47,580 bases of DNA from Folioceros fuciformis (lineage: Eukaryota), in assembly GCA_049999805.1 (NCBI GenBank), contig JBNGIO010006141.1, positions 213,057 through 260,636 of the forward strand, given 5' to 3'. The stretch's first letter is position 1. Every line of letters starts with the position of its first letter. The notes under the pieces were generated by a model. The model had not been told where the DNA came from. It was given only the letters and a program-made list of their open reading frames with translations, and ran no database searches. Made by a program: the position numbers and the translations under genes. Below, piece after piece: positions 9,201-19,800 of this stretch.

Positions 9201-11631
9201 AGTGGATTTTATCAGCAATGAGAGCACTATTCGGCCATGGCATAAATCCCCTTTATCATTCATGAAGAACATGCCGGTGGTGGCAGGGAAACAAATTAGG
9301 CATGGGCTACACGTCATAGGTATGTACGAGGCTGGAAAGCGCTGGCTAGCCAAATTGGACGACACCACAATAACGTTCCCCACTTTCTGCTTCGCTCACA
9401 CACATCCCATCTGGACATCCTGCTCTCGTCCGGCCAGGATGGATGTTGGGTTAACGGGTATTGTAGGAGGAGGAGCTGGTCATTGCGTAGCGCACAACCA
9501 ATTCGGGAGGGGGTGTAGTGGCTTTACGAGAAGAAAGCTCATCCGTTTGAGAGTCTCCTCAGGTGAGGGTTGTCACCGGGAGAAGATGCTGTCTAGGCAA
9601 CCTGCACTTTGGTCGGATAATATCAGGCAAAGTATGCAAAACCGTCGGTCCAACCAGCAGCACTGGGACAGGGACAGAGACAAGGACAAGGACATGGGAG
9701 GTGGCAGGAAGCTTGCTGCTGTGAATCTGGAAACTATGCCTGGTCGTGTTGGCGTTGGTTTTGACTCTCCTAGGCCAGCTGGAGGTTACGACAGTGGCAT
9801 AACAGCTGAAACCGTGAGGAAGCTGTGTGATGAGGGGCATCTCACTCAGGCTGTTGAAGCTTTGGAAAGTTTGTCGAAGACAGCTCATCGCGTCACCAAG
9901 TCTCTCCTTCACGCTGTCTTAAAGAAGTGTGTGGCAAAGAAGGATGTTGCTCTGGGCAGGCGTGTCCATGTTTTTACCCTGAAAACGGGGTACCAGTCGG
10001 ATGCTTTCCTGGGGTTTCACATTCTGCAAATGTATGCCTCCCTTGGTAGGTTGAAAGACGCTATGGATGTGTTTGAAGCCGCTGTTAAACCAGATGCCTA
10101 CATGTGGTCAGCTATAATTTCCGCGTATGTGAGACATGGACGGGACAGCCAAGCCATACAATTGTATCATCGGATGAGAAGGTCTGGTGTGAAGCCAGAT
10201 GGCCATGTCTTTGTGGCAGCACTTCAGGCTTGTGCCAGGGGGGCAGACCTGAAATCTGGTCAGCAGGTGCATGCCCATGTGTTGGCCAGTGCCAGTGCCA
10301 CCGATGCTGCCAAGCGTCCCGATTTGTTTGTCTACAATAGCTTGGTGGACATGTATGCCAAGTGTGGAAGTTTGGACGACGCTCAGACAGTGTTTGATGC
10401 ACTCCGTGTGAAAAGTGTTGTGACCTGGACTGCCATGATAGCAGGATATGCCCAGCAGGGGAGGGGTGAGAAAGCCCTTCACCTCCACAGTGCGATGCTA
10501 GATGAAGGCATAGTTGTACCAAACTCCGTCACATTTGTGTGTCTCCTGCAGGCATGTGCAATTGTTGGCAGGTCAGCGCTGGAGAAGGGGAAGCAGCTTC
10601 ATGCTCAGATTAGAGAAGGGGGGCTCGAAGCTGATGTGTTTTTGGCCAGCAGTTTGGTGAACATGTATGCCAAGTGTGGCAGCTTGGAAGATGCTCAGCG
10701 AGTGTTTGACAGCGTTGCTAAAAAAGATGTGGTGATGTGGACTGCAATGATAGCAGGGTACTCCCAGCAGGGGATGGGGCAGGAAGCACTTCGTCTCTAC
10801 AGTGGGATGCAAGAAGAAGGCATGGCTGTACCCAATCCCGTGACGTTTGTGTGCCTCCTCCAGGCATGTGCAAATGTCGGAGCTCTGGATTTGGGAAGGC
10901 AGCTTCATGCCCAGATGCTAGAACAAAAGATTCCAGAGGATGTTTTTGTGGCTGGCAGCTTGATTAACATGTATGGGAAGTGTGGGACCATGGTTGATGC
11001 TCAGCAGGTGTTTGATGCGTTGCCCCCGCCTGAAAGAAACACCATCATTTGGAACGCACTAATTGCTGGCTATGCCTGTCAAGGGCAGAGTGAGGTAGTG
11101 TTCGACTTGGTCCACAGATTGAGACAGTATGGCATACGCCCGAACGGCATTACATTCCTTAGTGTTCTGACGGTATGCAGCCATTCGGGACTGGTGACGG
11201 AGGGGTGGCAATACTTCGAGGCAATGTGCAGGGACTACCAGGGCGTCATCACCCCTACCCAAAGCCACTACACATGCATGGTGGATCTCCTAGGCCGAGC
11301 AGGACAACTTGATGAGGCACTAACTTTGGTAAGATCAATGCCTATGGCGCCTAATGCTGCAGTTTGGCGCACCCTTTTAGGTGCTTGTCGAAAGTGGGGC
11401 AACGTAGAGGTGGGATGCAACGCTTTTAGTGAGGCCCTGAAGCTAGAGGTGGCAGACTCTGCAGCGTATGTGCTGATGTCCAACATATATACGGGTGCTC
11501 AGATGTGGGAGCAGGCCCAGGAAATGCAGGCGATGAGGAAAAGAATGAGGGTATGGAAGCAACCAGGTCAGAGTTGGTGGACGGACGTGGACGGATTGGT
11601 GCACAGTTTTTTGGTTGGGGATGAGACGTGA
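6214..11631 (+). CDS. Continuous ORF containing two tandem PLS-class PPR E-type units with WW-type PG box (unit 1 ~6214-9110, unit 2 ~9439-11631), no DYW catalytic core
   Basis: Both halves have full PLS arrays ending E1-E2-WKQPGQSWWTD..GLVHSFLVGDE. First in-frame ATG is at 6214 (the ORF track starts at a TTG at 6124). Unit 2 has its own candidate ATG at 9439 (MDVGLTG) and a long non-PPR leader. Could be one gene or two. Confidence 0.8.
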   Translation: MPRPATLVLLAAKRGSGASTQLQSVALTPFKQSGCLLYLARFAGYHLGSVTPETVSQLCRDGHLAQAVEALELVAHAHPCVSKSLFCTILKRCAVSKDLVLGSRVHALTVKHGYRSDTFLCNHILRTYASHGRLQHMMHVFEGLAQPDALAWSALISSHVKHRPDQQAIQLYQRMRMTSRVKPDGHLIVAALQACARASYLETGQKVHADLLASGVEPGLLVSSCLVAMYAKCGSLENAQAVFDALAEKNVVTWTAMIAGYAQRGKGHQALPHYAAMEEEGLAIPDSITFVCLLQACASVGTSALGTGKHLHAQVRRAGHEGDVSVANSLVNMYAKRGSLEDAHTPFDGLGHKDVVTWTAMIAGYSQHSMGQKTLALYSAMQDDGLAVPNSVTFVCLLQACTSVATPALEKGKNLQAQIKAGGHEVDVFVANSLVNMYAKCGSLEDAQLAFDRIDQKTVVTWTAIIAGYSRQGRGEEALRVFSSMEEGGVAVPDSVTFVCLVQACATVGTPALDKGKQLHALIREQGYEADVFIANSLVSMYAKYGSLEYAQTVFDGLVYRDVATWTALIAGYSQQGMWQEALRLYSAMREDGLTIPDCVTSVCLLQACASVGTPALENGRDLHTQITEGGYEAAAPVASMLVNMYSKCGSLDDVQRVFNGLREKDVVAWNAMLAGYSQQWMGQEALRLYSVMQEEGMVIPNSLTFVCLLKACANVAALRMGRQLHAQIAEQGLEADAFVAGSLINMYAKSGSMVDAQQVFDVLLERDFVVWNGRVAGYACQGDSEVVFDLLQRMIQDGVRPDSITFISILTMCSHVGLVKKGWEYFDAMSRHYYIPPTDDHYAFMVDLLGRAEHLDEALALVKSNLGQPNASVWHSLLRGCRKWNTVEVGRHTFSEAVRLDRNDAAACIMMWNIYTSAQMWEQGHKIQVTGEWVKAWKQPGQSWWTDEDGLVHSFLVGDENHPHAHHHPQTGETGSVHPTARLVATGQMAADNSKVDFISNESTIRPWHKSPLSFMKNMPVVAGKQIRHGLHVIGMYEAGKRWLAKLDDTTITFPTFCFAHTHPIWTSCSRPARMDVGLTGIVGGGAGHCVAHNQFGRGCSGFTRRKLIRLRVSSGEGCHREKMLSRQPALWSDNIRQSMQNRRSNQQHWDRDRDKDKDMGGGRKLAAVNLETMPGRVGVGFDSPRPAGGYDSGITAETVRKLCDEGHLTQAVEALESLSKTAHRVTKSLLHAVLKKCVAKKDVALGRRVHVFTLKTGYQSDAFLGFHILQMYASLGRLKDAMDVFEAAVKPDAYMWSAIISAYVRHGRDSQAIQLYHRMRRSGVKPDGHVFVAALQACARGADLKSGQQVHAHVLASASATDAAKRPDLFVYNSLVDMYAKCGSLDDAQTVFDALRVKSVVTWTAMIAGYAQQGRGEKALHLHSAMLDEGIVVPNSVTFVCLLQACAIVGRSALEKGKQLHAQIREGGLEADVFLASSLVNMYAKCGSLEDAQRVFDSVAKKDVVMWTAMIAGYSQQGMGQEALRLYSGMQEEGMAVPNPVTFVCLLQACANVGALDLGRQLHAQMLEQKIPEDVFVAGSLINMYGKCGTMVDAQQVFDALPPPERNTIIWNALIAGYACQGQSEVVFDLVHRLRQYGIRPNGITFLSVLTVCSHSGLVTEGWQYFEAMCRDYQGVITPTQSHYTCMVDLLGRAGQLDEALTLVRSMPMAPNAAVWRTLLGACRKWGNVEVGCNAFSEALKLEVADSAAYVLMSNIYTGAQMWEQAQEMQAMRKRMRVWKQPGQSWWTDVDGLVHSFLVGDET

Positions 11632-12034
11632 AGCATGAATTTGTACAAGATACAGAAAGCAGATTGAGTGCAACATCTGGGCTGGCTACTCGCAGGAAAC
11701 ACCAGATATTGGATGAGCTTTTCGCTTTTTCTCGGCTGCTTTTGATCCGATGGCTCGTCCGACCTTGTAGGAGATGTTACGACGAGGCTCATTTTCGGCT
11801 GTAACTTTTAGTGTCGGTATGCCTCGTGCTATGGTATGTGCTAGACGACGTTTGCTCGAGGAGCAGAGAGACCAGCGCCATAGATGTGCGAAAGACTCCC
11901 AGCCCGACGTGAAACCCAAGGCTCAATGCGGGATCCTTGAAAAAAATCTGCTGTGTGATTGCGGGCTCTGAAGATTTCATTCCCGTTCCTGTCAATACCC
12001 AGAGCAGCTTGACCACCCTTCATTACAACAGCAT

Positions 12035-12520
12035 TTGAGTTCTTTGGGAGTTTAGCATGGAAGAAACTCTATGGGCGCGTAGCGTACGAAAAAATCTTAT
12101 GGATTTGGAGAGACTCTTTTGGCGGACAGCAGAGGAGAGGCTCTTTGGGAGTATAGCGTAGGAGAAACTTGGGACCATGGTATGCATATGAGAAACTTAG
12201 GTTGGGAGAGTTTTGGCTTGCTGGGCCCTCAGGTTTTTTGTAAGTTTAGCATGGGAGAAACTCTTTGGGCCTACAGCAGAGGAGAGGCTCTTTGGGGGCA
12301 TAGTATAGGAGAAACTTAGTTTGCTGAGGAGCTTGAGATTCTTTGGAAATTTAGCATGGGAGAGGCTTGGCTTGCTGGGCCCTGAGGTTTTTTTGTAAAT
12401 TTAGTATGGGAGACTTGGGTTGCTGAGCCACCTTTGGAAGTTGAGCATGAGAGAGACTTGGGTTGCTAGGACCTGAGGTTCTTCATGGGTTTAGCATCGG
12501 AGAGACTTGGATTGCTGGGG
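12035..12520. repeat. Degenerate minisatellite (gtttagcatgggaga...cttgggttgctg...ctgaggtt units)
   Basis: The motif tttagcatgggaga/ttgagcatgagaga recurs many times with related spacers. Confidence 0.7.
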
Positions 12521-12523
12521 CAT

Positions 12524-12682
12524 GTGGAGGAGAGGATAGGGATGAGGATGAAGTAAGTTTGTGAGATTTGGATTGCTAAGGCTGTGGAGGAGAGGACAGG
12601 GATGAGCATGAAGTAAGTTGTGAGATTTGGATTGCTAAGGCTGTGGAGGAGAGGACAGGGATAAGCATAAAGTAAGTTGTGT
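12524..12682. repeat. ~59-bp tandem repeat, ~2.5 copies
   Basis: gtggaggagaggacagggatgagcatgaagtaagttgtgagatttggattgctaaggct is repeated directly. Confidence 0.85.
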
Positions 12683-13269
12683 GGCTAAGTTCAATTGATC
12701 CTTTTATAGAAGGCAGTTGAGCATGGTGAAAAATAGTTTTCAGCACAGTTGTGAAGATGTGGAGGATGTCAAGGGTAATAAGCCAATTCAAATTCTAGTA
12801 CCGTCTCCACAAATTCGAGTAGCGACTCCAACTATATGAGAGGCCTTGCTACCTCCACGGAGCTCATTTGCTCTAGCTCCTTGTTTCTGTCAGCTCCAGC
12901 CCCTTGTTTCTCTCAGCTCCCCCTTGCTACTCTCAGCTCCTGCTCTTTGATTCTTTCAGCTTCTGCTCTTTGATTCTTTCAGCTTCTGCTCCTCGTTTCT
13001 TTCAGCTGCACGTCCTTGCATCTTTTAGCTCCAATTCTCTCCTCGACTACTCTGGTAGTCGTGGTCAATTAATGAGCTTGGAATCGGTAGCCCTAGAGTC
13101 GCTAGGTTTAGAAGGGTGTTGTGTGCTAAGATTCTTGCTGTCGTATAATAGCTTGCTGCGAAAGTAAGCTAAGTATTCTAGTGTAGTCCATCCGATATAC
13201 AACTAGTATTCACCAATATTATACAATCCAGTACTAGTATTCACCCATATTGTACCAGATCTTTGTCCA

Positions 13270-13462
13270 TGGACAAGGTTGAGAAGGGGACTTGATCCAA
13301 TGTTCACAGACACGGTTGAAAAGGGTTAGAAATTGTCTGTTTAGAAACTGTATGCCCATAAGCAAGGTTGAAAAGGGCTAAAAACTGTCCGTCTATACGC
13401 ATAGACTTGAACAGGGCTAGGAACTGTCTGTATGTCCATAGGCAAGGTTGAAAAGGGCTAGG
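13270..13462. repeat. Degenerate tandem repeat with core aaggttgaaaagggcta
   Basis: About five copies of ggttgaaaagggct/ggttgagaagggg/ttgaacagggcta separated by ctgtctgtatg(t/c)ccata spacers. Confidence 0.7.
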
Positions 13463-13560
13463 ATCTGCCGGCCATCCAGCTGTGATGGCATCTCAAGGCA
13501 CGTCTAGGAAGGTCTGTTTACTTGTAAAATGATAATTAACAAGTCTGAGGGAAGGTTAGG

Positions 13561-13838
13561 ATGGGAGAGTTTTAGGTTGTTGGGACCTGAGGTTCTTTAC
13601 TGGGAGCGAGCTTTGAGTTCCAGAGACCTGAGGTTCTCTGGAAGTTGAGCATGGCAGAGATTTGGTTGCTGAGGCCTTTGATTGTCACACCACGGGGAAT
13701 GGGGAGATCTTTAGGTTGTTGAGACCTGAGGTTCTTTAATGGGAGCGAGCCTTGGGTTCTAGGGACCTGAGGTTCTTTGGAAGTTTAGCATAGCAGAGAT
13801 TTGGTTGCTGAGGCCTTTGATTGTCACACCACGGGGAA
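13561..13838. repeat. ~139-bp tandem duplication, same family as 12035-12520
   Basis: Two copies, each ending gcagagatttggttgctgaggcctttgattgtcacaccacgggga. Confidence 0.85.
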
Positions 13839-13973
13839 GGGCATCCTGGTTCGCCTTGAGCGAGACCGACCATATTCTTCCCCTCCTTTCTGCAGAAAAC
13901 CTATTAGTGGAATGCAATTACAGATAACCCTAGGTTAGAATTAGTACTCAGCGGAGCAGTGCTTGAGTTTTCC

Positions 13974-16589
13974 TTACGGTCGACCTTTACAAGTGCAACA
14001 GCCATTAGCGAATCTGTGCACACGGTATCCATCCCTCACGACAATGTCTCTTCGTTCAAGCCTTGACATGATCTCGGTAGAACAATGGCAGTCACTGCAC
14101 ATGCGGAGATTCTTCGTTACCACCAGAGGCGAGCCACCGGGCGTGTTCAAGAGACCAAACGCCAGAGCTAGTTTCTCAGCATGACCGCAAAGCACATGCT
14201 CCTTTTCTTTCTCACCCAGTCCATTCAACACCAACTTCGTGTGAGGTACGTGGCCTCCCTCCTGCTTCAGCTGAGCATTCGTGCTGTCTACCTTGAGCGC
14301 AATATCCTCTCTTCTTTCCCCTACCAGAAATGTATGTAGCTGCTTATTCACCTCAATGCTTGCCACTGCAGGTTGTTTGTTAGCTCCTGCTCGCTTTCTT
14401 CGTGTTTCAACCCTGTCTACATCGCTCCACCTACCTGCATCTGCGTAGGCATTGGCCATGAGCACATATGCGGGTGCCTGCTGGGGCTCTAGTATAACCA
14501 GACTCTCAAAACACCTGGTGGCCCTCTCTATATCCCCATGACTTTTGCAGGCATTCAGCAAAGACGTCAGCCCCACAACATTGCTCTGGCACTCACATGA
14601 GAGTAGCACCTTCTCTGCCTCATCTAAATGGCCCGCCCGCCCGAGAAGATCAATCATGCAATTGTAATGCTCAATAGTTGGATTGATACCGTGCTGCTCA
14701 GCCATGGAATCAAAGAGTTTGCGACCCTCATCCACTAGTCCGTCATGACTGCACGCTACTAGAAGACATGTAAAAGTAGCGTCATCAGGCCGAATGCCCG
14801 CAAGTAGCATCTCCTCAAAACAAGCTAGTGCCCTGTGGCCTTCGTCACAAGTACCATATGCGGATATCAGGGCTGTCCAAGTCACCTGATTTTTCGTTGT
14901 TAGGCTGTTGAAGACCCTCTGCGCATCGCTCAGTTTGCCACATTTTGCATACATGTCCACGAGGCAGGTACCTACCAGAATGTTATCCAGCAGTCCTCTT
15001 TGCACGATCTGTGAGTGCAGTTGCCTGGCCTTTTGTAGGGCACCAGTGCTTGCACAAGCCTTCAGAAGGCAAGCCAGAGTCACATCGCTAGCTACAAGCA
15101 GACCCTCCTGCTCCATTTGCCCATACAGACAAAGCGCCTCTGGGCCGAGCCCTTGCTGTGCGTACCCAGCTATGAGAGCATTCCATGTCACCACATCCTT
15201 TGTGGCCAAGCTGTCAAAGACTTGGCGTGCATCTTCCAGTTCGCCACATTTCGCATACATATTCACCAAGCAGTTGCCTAACACAATGTTATCTGGCTGT
15301 CCTCGTTGCACAATCTGTGAGTGCAGCTGCCTGCCCTCCGGCAATGCACCAGCGTTGGCACAGGCATTCAGGAGACACACGAAAGTAACATCGTCAGCAA
15401 AAACTAGACCCTCTCGCTCCATCTGCCCGTACAGAACAAGCGCCTCTTGACCCAGCCCATGCTGGGCATAACCAGCCAACAGTGCATTCCATGTTACCAC
15501 ATCCTTCACGACCAATCTGTCAAAGGCCCGGCGTGCATCTCCCAGTTCACCACATTTTGCATACATGTTGACCACTGAGTTACCAACAAACAAGTCAGCA
15601 GAAATGCCGCTTTGCAATACATCGCTGTGCACTTTTCTGCCGGATCCCAAGTCAGCAGCAAGTGCACAAGCTTGCAGGGCAGCTGCAAAGACGTGGGCAT
15701 CCGCCTTCACTCCAGACCTACGCATCTCATCGTACAGTTGTATGGCCTCGTAAGGATTCCCATGCTTGGCATATGCGGAGATTATGGAAAACCACATGAA
15801 GGCATTTGGTTTGCGTACCCTGGTGAACACATCCATGGCGTCCTGCAGCCTACCTACACATGCATACATGCGCAAGATATGGTTCCCCAAGTATGCGTCC
15901 GTCTGGTACCCAAGTTTAACAGTAAGATTATGAACTCGTCTTCCCGCCACCAGATCCTTCTTAGCTATACACAGTTTCAGCACGGAGTAGAACAGAGACT
16001 GAGAAATAGCAGAGTCGGTGCGCGCCAGATATTCCAGCGCTTCAACGGCCTGAGAAAGCTTCCCCTGCTGACATAACATTCTCACAGCTCCAGCCGTTAC
16101 GAAGTCCAATTCCGATCCTTCACGCCTGGCAGGAGCAACCTCATCAGTAGAGCTGGACTTTGAAGCAGAGGAACCATCAACCATGTGCGTACTCAAGGAG
16201 ATGGGCTGCTCATCAACCCAAGTTGGCTCGAACCTGCTGTTGATCTTGAGGGCCCCGCCGCCGGACCCTCTATGCCGGAAATCAGGCGAACGGGACCTCT
16301 TCTTATCTCGTGCGCTGTCCCGCAACACGGTAGGATTCCTGAAAAATTGTTGCCACACCAGCTCCTCCTCCTGGTCTTTCCCCTGCCCCTGCACCTGCTC
16401 CTTTGGACGAGCATAGCTGGAGAACTGTTCGCCAGCAACAGATTTTTTGGGAAGTAGAAGGGCTGCATTCCGGACACTGCTGTACCTCGCGGCTTGCTTG
16501 TTTCCCAATGGATGGCTCCCTCCTAGCATGCCTGAACACTCAGCATTTTTGGAAGTCCATAACTGGTCCGGTGGCCACAGTGTGGCCAT
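13974..16589 (-). CDS. PLS-class PPR-DYW:KP (GRP-type) RNA editing factor with degenerate N-terminal PDF motif
   Basis: 871 aa. MATLWPPDQLWT leader; VWQQFFRNPTVLRDSARDKKRSRSPDF; PLS array; KQPAVASIEV; CGHAEKLA; CSDCH; ends CCTCKGRP. Confidence 0.94.
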   Translation of the reverse strand: MATLWPPDQLWTSKNAECSGMLGGSHPLGNKQAARYSSVRNAALLLPKKSVAGEQFSSYARPKEQVQGQGKDQEEELVWQQFFRNPTVLRDSARDKKRSRSPDFRHRGSGGGALKINSRFEPTWVDEQPISLSTHMVDGSSASKSSSTDEVAPARREGSELDFVTAGAVRMLCQQGKLSQAVEALEYLARTDSAISQSLFYSVLKLCIAKKDLVAGRRVHNLTVKLGYQTDAYLGNHILRMYACVGRLQDAMDVFTRVRKPNAFMWFSIISAYAKHGNPYEAIQLYDEMRRSGVKADAHVFAAALQACALAADLGSGRKVHSDVLQSGISADLFVGNSVVNMYAKCGELGDARRAFDRLVVKDVVTWNALLAGYAQHGLGQEALVLYGQMEREGLVFADDVTFVCLLNACANAGALPEGRQLHSQIVQRGQPDNIVLGNCLVNMYAKCGELEDARQVFDSLATKDVVTWNALIAGYAQQGLGPEALCLYGQMEQEGLLVASDVTLACLLKACASTGALQKARQLHSQIVQRGLLDNILVGTCLVDMYAKCGKLSDAQRVFNSLTTKNQVTWTALISAYGTCDEGHRALACFEEMLLAGIRPDDATFTCLLVACSHDGLVDEGRKLFDSMAEQHGINPTIEHYNCMIDLLGRAGHLDEAEKVLLSCECQSNVVGLTSLLNACKSHGDIERATRCFESLVILEPQQAPAYVLMANAYADAGRWSDVDRVETRRKRAGANKQPAVASIEVNKQLHTFLVGERREDIALKVDSTNAQLKQEGGHVPHTKLVLNGLGEKEKEHVLCGHAEKLALAFGLLNTPGGSPLVVTKNLRMCSDCHCSTEIMSRLERRDIVVRDGYRVHRFANGCCTCKGRP

Positions 16590-16876
16590 ATTAGGTGCAG
16601 GCTCAGCTCTCTTTCAGATGAGGCGCACGTCAAACGGTTAAAGCAGGAGGCTTCAACTTGTAACCCAAGATCCCGTTATTGTGAATAAAGCCGAGGCGAT
16701 GTCCTATATCTTGGTCGTGTGAAATGACCAGGAATTGCTGGACATGGAATCAAATCGGCTGGTGAGGCAAGTTCACTTGCTTCGATGCCCAGGTTCGCTC
16801 TTATGCCAGCAACAAAAGCAGCGACAAGAGCACGAGCAGGAGTAGAAGCAAGAGGAGGAGGAGGAGGAGGGTGGTG

Positions 16877-19800
16877 ATGAAGGCAGGAGCCTGGCTACCT
16901 GACAGTGCACAGGGAACTGTATCCTTCAACAGAAATTACACAGCACCAGCAGCAGCCGCTGCCCAAACATTGGTTGTGGGCCGGTGTCCGGAGGGAGCAG
17001 GCAACGTGCAAGTTAGTGAGAGTGCCGAGGGTATTTCTTACCAGCACCGGGGGCTGTGCCAACCGGCGGTGAAGGATGCTTGGCAGCTGCAAGGGCCTGT
17101 TGGAACCAGCACCTGCAAGTTGACCCACCACCAGGCTGCTGGCTTGCAGGTCGGGGGAGAGCTTAGCAAGGATGTGGAGAGTTTGGAGCTGCTGGTGCAG
17201 CAGGGATTCCTCCCTCCTACCTCCCTTCTCTACTCCTTGCTCAAGAGGTGCATTGCACGCAAAGATTTGGTTCATGGGAAGCGTGTGCACGCTCTCGCTG
17301 TGGCAAGTGGAAATGGGACGAACCCTTTTGTGGGCAACCACATCATTCGTATGTATTCTTGTCATGGCATGTTGGTGGAAGCAATGCAGGTATTCACTGA
17401 ACTGGATGTTCAAAACACCTTTGCGTGGGCTTCCATTATCATCGCCCATGCGGATCATGGGCAGCCCTCTCAGGCTATCAAGCTGTACCGACAGATGCGA
17501 CTCTCTTGCTTGGAGCCCAATCAGCATGTATTTGTGGCAGCCATTAAAGCGTGTGCTAATGCAGGGGACTTAGTTGCCGGCAAGGACATACATTCTCATA
17601 TTGTGCTGGCTGCGTATGAGCGCCAGCCCTTGATTGCCAACTCCCTCGTCAACATGTACTCAAAATGTGGGAGCTTGGCAGATGCCCGCCAAGTATTCGA
17701 CAAATCGGTGATGAGAGACGTGGTGACGTGGAACACCATCATCGCAGCGTATGCTCACCATGGACATAGCCAAGAGGCCCTACGTCTGTACAAACAGATG
17801 CAGCTAGTCGGCACGACTCCACCCAATCACTTCACGTATGCCAGTGTCTTGAAAGCATGTGCCAGCATTGGTGCTGTGCATGAGGGAAGGCAGCTCCATC
17901 TGCTACTTCGGGATAGTGGCATGGAATGTGACGTCTTTGTGGGAAGCTGCCTGGTAGATATGTATGCAAAATGCGGAAGCTTGGAAGATGCGCGCACGGT
18001 CTTTGACAAGTTGCCCAAAAGAAATGTCGTGACGTGGAATGCCTTGATTGCAGGCTATGCACACCACGGTCTCGCTGAAGAAGCCTTCAATCTCTTTGCA
18101 CTTATGCAGCAGGAGGGTAGCATTCCATTGAATCGAGGCAGTCTTGCATCCCTTGCGAAAGCATGTGCGAGTGCCAGGGCCTTGCACCAAGGAAGGTGGC
18201 TCCACGCACTCATTCAGAAGGAAGGGCTAGAATCTGACTTGGTTGTTGCCAACTGCCTGTTGGATATGTATGCAAAGTGCGGTAGCTTAGAGGATGCACG
18301 TGCTGTGTTTGAAGAACTGCCTACCAGAGATGTGATAGCTTGGAATACAATGATAACGGGATATTCTCAGAACGATCTCGGTGAAGAAGCTCTACATCTC
18401 TATGCTCGAATGCAGTGCGAGGTCTGTACCCCGCCGAATCATTTTACGTTTGCTGGCCTCCTCAAAGCATGTGCTAGTACCAGAAATCTGCATCGAGGAA
18501 TGCAGATGCATGCACTCATCCAAGAGAGAGGTTTGGAAGGCGACGTCATTGTTGGCAGCAGCCTAGTGGACATGTACGCAAAATGTGGGGGCCTGGAGCT
18601 GGCTCGCCAAGTTTTTGACAGAATGCCTGCCAGAAATGTGGTGACATGGACTTCCATGATAGCAGGCTATGCCCAGCATGGGCTTGGACAGGAAGCCCTG
18701 CATGTCTTTGCAAGTATGCAACAGCAGGACGTAAGGCTATGCGATCGGGTCACGCTGTTGTGCCTTCTGAAGGCCTGCACATGTGTTGAAGACTTGCATC
18801 AGGGAGTGCAAGTGCATATGCTGATTCAGGATAGTGGACTGGAAACTGATTTGGTTGTCGGGAGCTCCCTAGTGGACATGTACGCAAAATGTGGGAGCTT
18901 GAATGACGCACGAAGAGTGTTTGACAAGCTGAGCACGAGAGATGCAGTGGCATGGACTGCCATGATTGCTGGATATGCCCGCCAGGGACATGGTCTAGAG
19001 GCCCTGACTCTTTATGCAACCATGCAAGACGAGGGCTTGACCCCAGCCAATCATGCGACTTGTGCTGCTCTCCTCATGGCATGTGGCAGCTTGACAGCTT
19101 TGAGTCATGGGAAGAAGCTTCATTCCCTGATTCAGGAAAGAGGCCTGGAAACTGATGTCGCTGTGGGCAACTGTCTGGTGGATATGTACGTGAAATGCGG
19201 GAGCTTAATGGATGCTCGCAGCGTGTTTGACAAATTGTCCAGTAAAGATCTGCTGGCGTGGAATGCGTTGATTGCAGGATATTGTCAGCAAGGGTTGGGT
19301 CAGGAAGCCCTGGATCTTCATGAGCAAATGCGACATGAGTGCAAACACCTGGTGGTGGCCAATCATGTGACGTATGTGTGGTTGTTGAAAGCGTGTGCAA
19401 GTGTTGGTGCCTTGCATCAGGGAAGGCAGCTTCACCGCCTGATGGCCCAAGCGCAAGGACTGGAAACGGAGGTGGTTGTTGGCAATTGTCTAGTGGACAT
19501 GTACGCCAGATGTGGCTGCTTAGAGGATGCTCGAAAGGTGTTGGACAGGTTGCCCTATAGAGATGTGGTGGCCTGGAATGCGTTGCTGAATGGTTATGCC
19601 AAACACAGTGAGGGGCACATGGCGTTGCAGTGTTTTGAGGAGATGTTGGGGCAAGGAGTGAAACCGGACGGGACTTCCTTCTGTTCTCTTCTGGTTGCAT
19701 GCAGTCATGAGGGCCTGATCTCCGAGGGCCAGCATTATTTCACCGAGATGGTGGATGTCCATGGCATTGAGCCCACTGATTACCATTACAACTGCATGGT

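Noticed and set aside
11626-11760. Possible frameshifted continuation (KHEFVQDTESRL) of the E+ tail
   Set aside because: Resemblance is weak and no HxE/CxxC remnant is visible downstream.
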